Shown: piece by piece, positions 55,645-64,000 of the stretch
Layout of the letters: every line of letters starts with the position of its first letter
Numbering within the stretch: position 1 is the stretch's first letter
From: Octopus bimaculoides
Taxonomy: Eukaryota
Direction of reading: 5' to 3'
DNA: 64,000 bases
Assembly: GCF_001194135.2 (NCBI RefSeq)
Contig: NC_068981.1
Span: 57,535,272 to 57,599,271, forward strand
Translations under genes and position numbers: made by a program
Notes under the pieces: generated by a model
The model's input: only the letters and a program-made list of their open reading frames with translations
Databases searched by the model: none
Told to the model about the DNA's origin: nothing

Positions 55645-58600
55645 CTGAAGGTGAAAAAACAAAACAAAAAGAAATCTTTATATTGTCACAAAGCCATGCA
55701 TTTTGGGACAGGGCATAGTTAATTGAATCAACTCCTAGTATCATATTTTTACTTATAACATTGGCGCCAGACAGGTTAAAGGCAAAAATTACCTTGTAAT
55801 GAATATACAAAGATATAACTAAATATTACAAGCATTTTTACCCAGCATTTTACTAATTCTGCCATCCATCCTTTTCTGAAGGTATGTTAGAAAAATTCTA
55901 TAATTCCAGTCATAAGAGAAATCCCTTGCCTTTCTTTCTATCTTTTATTTTATTACTAAACTGAAGAGCAAAAGCCTTAACAATAGACTTTCAAAATTGC
56001 CTTTCCTTCATCATGAGACAAGTACTGCAATTGATGCTTAATTTTAGTTGTTGTAGGAAAAAACGAAATTTGAGAATGGAATTTTAGTATAAACCTCTAA
56101 AGAAAAGAGAGGATTACACAAAGCCATTTCTAAGTAAACCAAATTTGGGTGGCAGTGAATTCAAGTGAAGGACTGAATTTGAGTGGGAGACTGAATATTG
56201 GGTGGAAGACTGAATTTGTTGCTTGGTTGGACATCATCATCTGGTCTTTGAGTACCTTTACTGGAGCCCTCACCTCTGCAAGTATTCAAGTCAAGTCTCC
56301 AATTTGAGAATGTGCCTTCTTTCTCACAGTGAGTCTTAGAGTACATGCAAGAATCATGAGCACTTCATACCAAGCTAACAAAAAATGCAAGCTTTCTCTC
56401 ATAAAGTAGTAGAAATTTCACTTTAATACTATAAATCCACTTTGACTAAAAGACAAAAAATGTTGACAAATGCAGGAAAGAATTGTAGGGAAAGAATTCT
56501 AGAGAGTTGACCACTAACTCCAAGGATTAGGAACCAGTACAGTGGTCAGTTGGATAGTTATTTCATTTGATACAAATATACTATGCACAACCTCTCCATA
56601 CAGTTATTCTTTCCATTCCTCACTTTCTCTAATTCATATATTCTCAGTGCTATCTCCAACTGGTTTGAAACACTCTCTCCCCCTCCCCTCTCCCTCTCTC
56701 CCATCCCCCTCTCTCTCTCCCTCTCTTTCTCTCATTAAATACATGTATTTAATGAATATGTTTAATACAATTTAATGACAAGCTATACAATATATAAATT
56801 TCAGTGTAAACATAAAAGTTGTAAACTTCATGACTCAAACTGTTATATTAGATACACATTGGACTCAAAACTGTTACGTTGGGGACAGTACACCCTTTTT
56901 CATTGGTTGGTCACATATTTACAACAAAGAGCCATCACAACTCATTATAACATTGTGCACAAAATTAAATTAGATAGAAAAACATTAGTTGGCACCACTA
57001 CAATATTATATAGAATTCCTTGGAAAATTACATTAACCATGGAACCTTTACCAATAACAAAATACAAACAAAAAATCAATGCACAAATACATTACATACA
57101 AAATAAATTATGAAATCAACCAGAACTTAACCACTGTGTAATTCTTAATATGTTGTTGATGATTTTATCAGTTAAAACAGTATTCTCAAGATCCTTTTAT
57201 AACCAATTGCAATGGGTGAAAACAATACACCATTATTACCCTCACTTCAATGAGATTGTGATGGATTTAGAAACAGACTAATGGTTTTAGAAACAATTCA
57301 GTTTCAAAATAAACATAAAGGACTGATATGGAAATAAGAAAAAAATTTGATAAAAATGATCAATCTTGAACAGACATGTTTGAAAGAAAAGCTGTTCCTG
57401 CACTGAATATTAGTTAGGTACAGTATAGTTATGTAATACAATTAACTGTTAAATTACCCAATCACTAACCAAAGACCAACCAAACAAAAGAGTTTTCTCT
57501 CCCATCTAGGGCAACCTGTGTATGATCCATGATGGTCTAATTTCTATATTCATAATAACACCTATATCTAGAAACTTTTTCTACTGGACAACATAGAAAT
57601 AAGGCCTCATGCAGATCAGCCTGTCTCTCAGCTTCAAGTGATTTGGCCTGCTGTTTCTTGTTCTTTGTTGCACATGTTTCTTTCCTGACAATGCTTTTGT
57701 TGAAGAATCAGCTGACTTACTATTGTTTAATGTTGTGAAAATTTTGACATCTATGAGATCAACTTAAAACAAGTTAGTGAATAAACACACTCCTCTTTTG
57801 TTGAGAAGCATCTACTGGTGAAAAGTAAAAGAGTGATCCCAGAAAGAGAGAAGAAAACAAATAAATCACATTTTTATGTAGGTGTATCTATTCTAAAAGC
57901 TTCCAGGAAAAAATTGATTGCAAACAAGAGGTGTAGATGTCTATCAGATTGTTTTGAATTGTTTGAAAGAGCAAGAAATAAGCACCAAAATTTTAGTTTT
58001 AATCACAACAGATTGAACACCAAGTATGGAAGGGATACATCAAAACGTCAATGTTTTTTTTTTTTCTTAGAGAGCACAAAGACTATGTGTGTGTATATAT
58101 GTCACAGATAGCAGATGTGTACTTGTGTTGATTGACACACCATGACAGTCATTATATGTGTGTGTATTCTGTATGTGTGTAACTATGTTGACCTCCTGAA
58201 AAAATTGTATTTACTTGTTTTCATTAATAAATAGAGGTCCAAATGTCACAAAAATTTGTACTGCACTGCCAAAGTTAAGTATGAAAATAAGTATGCAAAA
58301 AAAAAAAAGATAAAATATACTATTTCTGAGATATTTTGAGTACACACAAACATCCCTAGAGTTTTAGTATTATTAAGATTTAATGCTTTGAATTCACTTC
58401 TAGATAAGTATAAAAACAAAAACATTAGGATTCAGTATTATACTGATTTTTGGATTAATGTATTTGTGCAAATTTATTTCAATAAATTTTATCAAAATAT
58501 TACACAAAGTTATCTGACCAAAGTCTTCAATCTTGAATTAAAATAAAAGCCATGACTTATGAACAAGACGAAAACAGAATTTCAGATAATATTTCAAACA

Positions 58601-59050
58601 AAAAATCACATTTAGTAAGAAAACAATAAGCAAAATTCATACTTTCTTGCATACATTTTTTTGTTAATAGCAAATCATGCAACTCCAATATTATTATTTT
58701 CTTTTTTAGTTAAAATGGTTCTCTAGATTGAAAAGATCCTGACCCCTTCCCTAAAGTGGTATGTCATTACTTTCTGCAGGTCCAAGAGAATTTGAACTCA
58801 GTACTGCAAACCAGGTTTCTAGTACTACAGTACTATTATAATGGTGGTTACACTATTTTAGACTAGATTAACTCAGCTATCCAGCATCTTAAATATCAGA
58901 CACAATGCAGCAGTGACAAGGTGCAAATTACTAATCTCTATGCTAACAGTCCAGTCATGTATGAACTCTGCCTTCAATATTTTTTTGTGGGAGTGGGAGA
59001 GTTAAGTAGAGTGAATGCTATTAGATATCTTGACCAGGTACAGCTTAGAA

Positions 59051-61618
59051 CGTAGCTTCCCAAAGTGGGCGATGTCGCCCACTGGTGGGCGATTTCAATT
59101 TAAAGGTGGGTGATGGGCAAATTTCTAGAAAATAGTGGGCAATTTGAGATTTTGGTGGGTGATATGAACATTTTGTGGGTGACAATGAATTTTTAGAAAT
59201 TAAGTCTGCATTTACTGATATCTAGGCATGCCTAGAATAAGGATGCACTTTTACCGATTTGACTACTTGCATGTATTAAAAAAGTGGACTTGTTTATCGA
59301 TCATATATTTTTGTTGCAGTCATTGACATGGTTGTCATGCGTGCTAAAAATAGCAGCCAAATAGGCCAAGGCCTTAAATCACACTCCACTACAAATTTTT
59401 TTTTTTTTTTTNNNNNNNNNNNNNNNNNNNNNNNNNNNNNNNNNNNNNNNNNNNNNNNNNNNNNNNNNNNNNNNNNNNNNNNNNNNNNNNNNNNNNNNNN
59501 NNNNNNNNNNNNNNNNNNNNNNNNNNNNNNNNNNNNNNNNNNNNNNNNNNNNNNNNNNNNNNNNNNNNNNNNNNNNNNNNNNNNNNNNNNNNNNNNNNNN
59601 NNNNNNNNNNNNNNNNNNNNNNNNNNNNNNNNNNNNNNNNNNNNNNNNNNNNNNNNNNNNNNNNNNNNNNNNNNNNNNNNNNNNNNNNNNNNNNNNNNNN
59701 NNNNNNNNNNNNNNNNNNNNNNNNNNNNNNNNNNNNNNNNNNNNNNNNNNNNNNNNNNNNTTTCACTTTACTGATGCCTGCAGTCAAGAAATTCGTCATC
59801 AGTACAGTAGTGATTATTTATTCCCTCTCCTCAAAACTGTCAGTTATCAATGTGTCTTTGCCATCAAACATTGACCAACGAAGCAATGAAACCTTCATGC
59901 ATGAAGTATCACTTTGATTCAAAGCATTCTGACAAGAAGCCATTATCATACTTTTTGCAAATGAGCTTTCAAAAAGCAAATACAAACATTCAACACACTA
60001 CTCCAAGAAACTAGTAAACAGGAGAATGATAGGTTGATTGCATCGTACAACATTGCATTGTTTGTTGCTAAGTCTGGGAAGTCTCACACAATTGGAAAAA
60101 ACATTACTTCACCCAGTTATCGAAGAGGTTTTGTCAACTGTTATGCACAAAAATCCTGATAACAGAAGATCCCACTTAGTAATAATACAATTTCTCAACA
60201 CATCAATGAAATGGCCAACAATGTCAAACATCAGCTCATTAATATTCTCCAGCATTCTGAATTTTCTATACAACTGGATGAATCAACTGTTGTGGGCAAT
60301 CAATGTTTGATGATGGTATATGTTCAGTATTTCAGCGAAGACCTTCAACCTTGTGAGGAAATGCTGTTTACAGAGAAATTGATGCTTGATTCAAAAGGTG
60401 CAGCTATGTTTCACACTCTTAAATCATTCCTTTTTGAACATAATATCCCACTTAGTAATATACTTGCCTGTGCGTCTGATGAAGCCCCTTTGATGATAGG
60501 AAGATACAGAGGATTTTCATCTTTCCTAAAGCGTGAAATTTCACACCAGATACTAACTGTTCATTGCTTGGCACACCGGCAGCATTTAGTGCAAAAAATA
60601 TGAACAGTAGATTGAATGATGCACTAAAGTTAGTTATCAAGACCATGAGAAAATTGAAGTCCAGTCCCTTGTCTGATCGAATTTTCCATCAACTCTGTCT
60701 GAGAAATGATGAAGACCATACTAAACTCTTATACCAAAGTGTGGTGGTTGTCAAAAGGAAACTGTGTTTTATGCATTGTTGAACTGTTTTATATAATATA
60801 TTTTTCTTTGAAGATACTCCACTATCTACTTCATTGATGACTGCAAGGTATGATGTCTTTTTTCTTTGTGATATATTCACAAAATTAAATGATTTGAATA
60901 AGTTATTGCAAGGAAACAGAAAAACTCTCATTGATTGTAAATCATTTATCACTACTTCCATTTCAAAATTGGTGTTGTTTAAGACTAACATTTAAAAATA
61001 TCAATTCCATCAATTTCCACAACTTGATTCTTTGAAAGATGAATTGGTTGATGAGGATTTAACTATATGTTGCAACTATTTACAATCATTGCATGATAAC
61101 ATGGTGGAGCGATTTCAAGGTGTTATTGTGCTGAATATTCCAAATTGGTATAACAATCTGTTTGAGATCGACGCAGTTGATTACGAGGATGATGTTCATT
61201 AAAAAGTTCTATTCTTTTCCTTTATAACACAATCATTAATTATTTTTGCATCAGTAGTTCTTATCAATGGTTCATCTAGGGAAAATGAAAATCAGTGTAA
61301 AAGAAAGCACAAGTTTCCAGAAGTTAATCTGTATGCATAACATAGAGTTAATGCTAGAATTTTATTCCCACTAATGGTAAAACTAAACCCACAATAAGGG
61401 ATTTGTAAACAACTGCATATTTAATCCAAATGGCACTAACAGGGTAATGAGTCTACGATAAAGTGTGTGTGTCAAATGATACAAGGCGGGTGGGTCCTAG
61501 GAGATTTTGTGTTGGGCAGGGTTGTGTTGGGGTTTTTGACACAGGTAGGCGATGGAGCATTTTTTGGCCGATAGGTGGGCAATATTGCGATTTGACACAA
61601 AAAGTTTGGGAAACACTG
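59051..61618 (+). mobile_element. hAT (Buster/Charlie-type) DNA transposon relic
   Basis: Perfect 8-bp TSD GCTTAGAA (59043-59050, 61619-61626); right TIR CAGTGTTTCCCAAAC, degenerate left TIR CGTAGCTTCCCAAAG; subterminal GGTGGGCGAT repeats. Confidence 0.92.
59790..61200 (+). pseudogene. hAT transposase pseudogene (ZBED5/ZBED8/Buster-like)
   Basis: EAMKPS, IASYNIALFVAKSGKSHTIG, FSIQLDEST, SDEAPLMIGRYRGF, HCLAHRQHL; the TEVRWLSKG motif is decayed to TKVWWLSKG; multiple frameshifts. Confidence 0.9.
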
Positions 61619-62852
61619 GCTTAGAACCATTGCAGCAATACAATTTAATCACTCCATGTCCTTATTTGGTCAATATAACAATGAATATCGAAAGATTTCC
61701 TAGTTTAAGGCATGTTAATACTGCTTCAGCTTATCAAATAATTTCAAGGACAAATTATCAAGCAAAAACAGAAAGCATTTAAAATATATCTAATAAAAAT
61801 ATGATAAAAACTTTTGTAATTTAAAATAGAGTAATAAAAAAATACTTTCTATCTGGTTCAAAGTTAGTTGTTGATGGTAGTAATTTCTGTGCTTAGTGCA
61901 AATGTTTTATAATAATAAATGTGATATTCTGTCTGTCTGTCTGTCCAGGACTCCTATATCTCAGTCTACAGTTGCTCTACACAGATATATTATACCACTT
62001 GAAATCAGGATGATCCCAGGATTGAAAATCTGCCCTTCATTTGGTTCTTGAACATCCAGCATTGGGATCAGGCCTGGATGACGATTTGTTATATGCTAAC
62101 AGTTGAAAATTCAAATTTTAAGAGAACTCCAAAAATTTGTCAACTTACAAATTAAAGTAATACCATAAATGCTTCATTATTATTGTTCTCTTTAGTTTTG
62201 GGCAACAGGCCTAGTTAGCCCTCTGCAGGAGCTAGCTTAAAGGTCCACATGGAGTGTGGCTTATAAGCTAGTTTATAATAAGGATGTGGTTATTCTTAGC
62301 TGCAAACAGTATAAGAGCAAGTGGACTGAGAAATTAAGAAAGTAGACTCCAAGGAAATTCATGCCAGCCATCTTTTTATGACAAAGACTCCTACCTAAAG
62401 TGTTAGGGTTCTCTTCTTTTTCATANNNNNNNNNNNNNNNNNNNNNNNNNNNNNNNNNNNNNNNNNNNNNNNNNNNNNNNNNNNNNNNNNNNNNNNNNNN
62501 NNNNNNNNNNNNNNNNNNNNNNNNNNNNNNNNNNNNNNNNNNNNNNNNNNNNNNNNNNNNNNNNNNNNNNNNNNNNNNNNNNNNNNNNNNNNNNNNNNNN
62601 NNNNNNNNNNNNNNNNNNNNNNNNNNNNNNNNNNNNNNNNNNNNNNNNNNNNNNNNNNNNNNNNNNNNNNNNNNNNNNNNNNNNNNNNNNNNNNNNNNNN
62701 NNNNNNNNNNNNNNNNNNNNNNNNNNNNNNNNNNNNNNNNNNNNNNNNNNNNNNNNNNNNNNNNNNNNNNNNNNNNNNNNNNNNNNNNNNNNNNNNNNNN
62801 NNNNNNNNNNNNNNNNNNNNNNNNNNNNNNNNNNNNNNNNNNNNNNNNNNNN

Positions 62853-63080
62853 ATGTATGTGTGCTTGTGTGTCTGTGTTTGTCCCCCCACCATCGCTTGA
62901 CAACCGATGCTGGTGTCTACGTCCCCGTAACTTAGCGGTTCGGCAAAAAGAGACCGATAGAATAAGTACCAGGCTTACTATGAATAAGTTCTGGGGTCGA
63001 TTTTCTCGACTAAAGGCGGTGCTCCAGCATGGCCGCAGTCAAATGACTGAAACAAGTAAAAGAGTAAAAGAGTAAAAGAG
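62853..63080 (+). mobile_element. SINE family A 3' half, CpG-rich (young-looking), head lost in gap
   Basis: GTCCCCGTAACTTAGCGGTTCGGCAAAAAGAGACCGATAG...(GTAAAAGA)n tail. Confidence 0.85.
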
Positions 63081-63689
63081 ATAAAAAGGATATAACATAG
63101 CAACCATGAATGTCATCATTATCATCATCAGTATCATCATCAAACTACCTGTTTTGTTGAAAACAGAACAGTAAGTACTTTTTATAATTCAGAAAATCAA
63201 ACTAGCAACAGGTAATAAACACACCCATTACAGCAGTTTTAAAAGAACTGGGTTTTTTCTTTATTTGATTTGGAAAGCAGATATGTCATGCTGATATATG
63301 AGCAAGATTCTGAAAATGTTGAGTCACATAACAGCCTTCATAGCTTGTAATGTAGACTGCTCTACTATTCGGCCTCATAGATACTCGGCCTTGCTAAGGA
63401 TTAAAATAGCATAGTTTTTTTAATTATTTTACTTGTTGCAGTCATGTGACTGTGGCCATGCTGGAACACCACATTTCATTGAACAAATCGACCAGAGGAT
63501 TTACTCTTTGTTAACCTAGTATTTATTCTATCAGTATCTTTTGTTGAACCGCTAAGTTAAGGGAACGCAAACACAACAACATCGGTTGTCACGCAATGGT
63601 GACAAACACACACACACACACACATACACAAACACACACACACAAATATACACATATATACGACAAATAGATAGATAGATAGATCCATA

Positions 63690-64000
63690 TCATCATCATC
63701 ATCGTTTAACGTCTGCTTTCCATGCTAGCATGGGTTGGACGATTTGACTGAGGACTGGTGAAACCGGATGGCAACACCAGGCTCCAGTCTGATTTGGCAG
63801 AGTTTCTACAGCTGGATGCCCTTCCTAACGCCAACCACTCAGAGAGTGTAGTGGGTGTTTTTACGTGTCACCCGCACGAAAACGGCCACGCTCGAAATGG
63901 TGTCTTTTATGTGCCACCCGCACAAGCCAGTCCAGGGGCACTGGCAACGATCTCGCTCGAAAATCCTACAGGATCCAGTCAGGCGGTACTGGCAACGGCC
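63690..64000 (-). mobile_element. RTE 3' end copy (runs off window)
   Basis: (CAT)n-CGTTTAACGTCTGCTTTCCATGCTAGCATGGGTTGGACG..., same terminal module. Confidence 0.88.

Noticed and set aside
55793-55875. 83-nt open frame with AG/GT ends upstream of exon 1
   Set aside because: Overlaps a decayed SINE-B head and the peptide is not ARM-like; not supported without RNA data.
56270-56380. Strong-looking acceptor and CAGAG|GTGAGG donor
   Set aside because: Stops in all three frames between them.
56800-58300. Possible decayed DNA transposon (minus-strand KQQAKSLEAERQADLHEA stretch)
   Set aside because: No TIR pair or recognisable catalytic motif could be confirmed by eye.
60211-60603. Domesticated ZBED-like host gene
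   Set aside because: Lies inside TSD/TIR boundaries and is flanked by frameshifts and stops, so it is a transposon relic.

Overview
AT-rich, microsatellite-dense eukaryotic genomic DNA with six N gaps. The SINE/LINE families resemble those of Octopus (inference from recognition, not a search). Almost the whole window is one minus-strand gene, an LRRK2 orthologue. I reconstructed 33 coding exons by hand (55644 down to 29; 3961 nt, about 1320 aa). All introns are GT-AG, intron phases chain without a break and there are no internal stops. Domain order is ARM repeats, ankyrin repeats, Ser-rich linker, LRR, then the start of the Roc GTPase. The start codon was not found and COR/kinase/WD40 lie beyond position 1. 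Introns carry R4/Dong, RTE and Penelope-like retroelements, several tRNA-derived SINE families, a hAT (Buster/Charlie) relic with intact TSD, a mariner relic, MITEs and Helentron-type elements. I found no CRISPR array, RNA gene or wholly new system. The best leads are: acidic or Ras-like residues at human LRRK2 autophosphorylation positions (S1292 to D, T1357 to E, T1343 to G); three R4/Dong LINEs stacked in one (TAA)n beside a splice acceptor; large fold-back structures in the pre-mRNA; and an orphan 106-bp insert with a 14-bp TSD. Human LRRK2 residue numbers are from memory and need an alignment.
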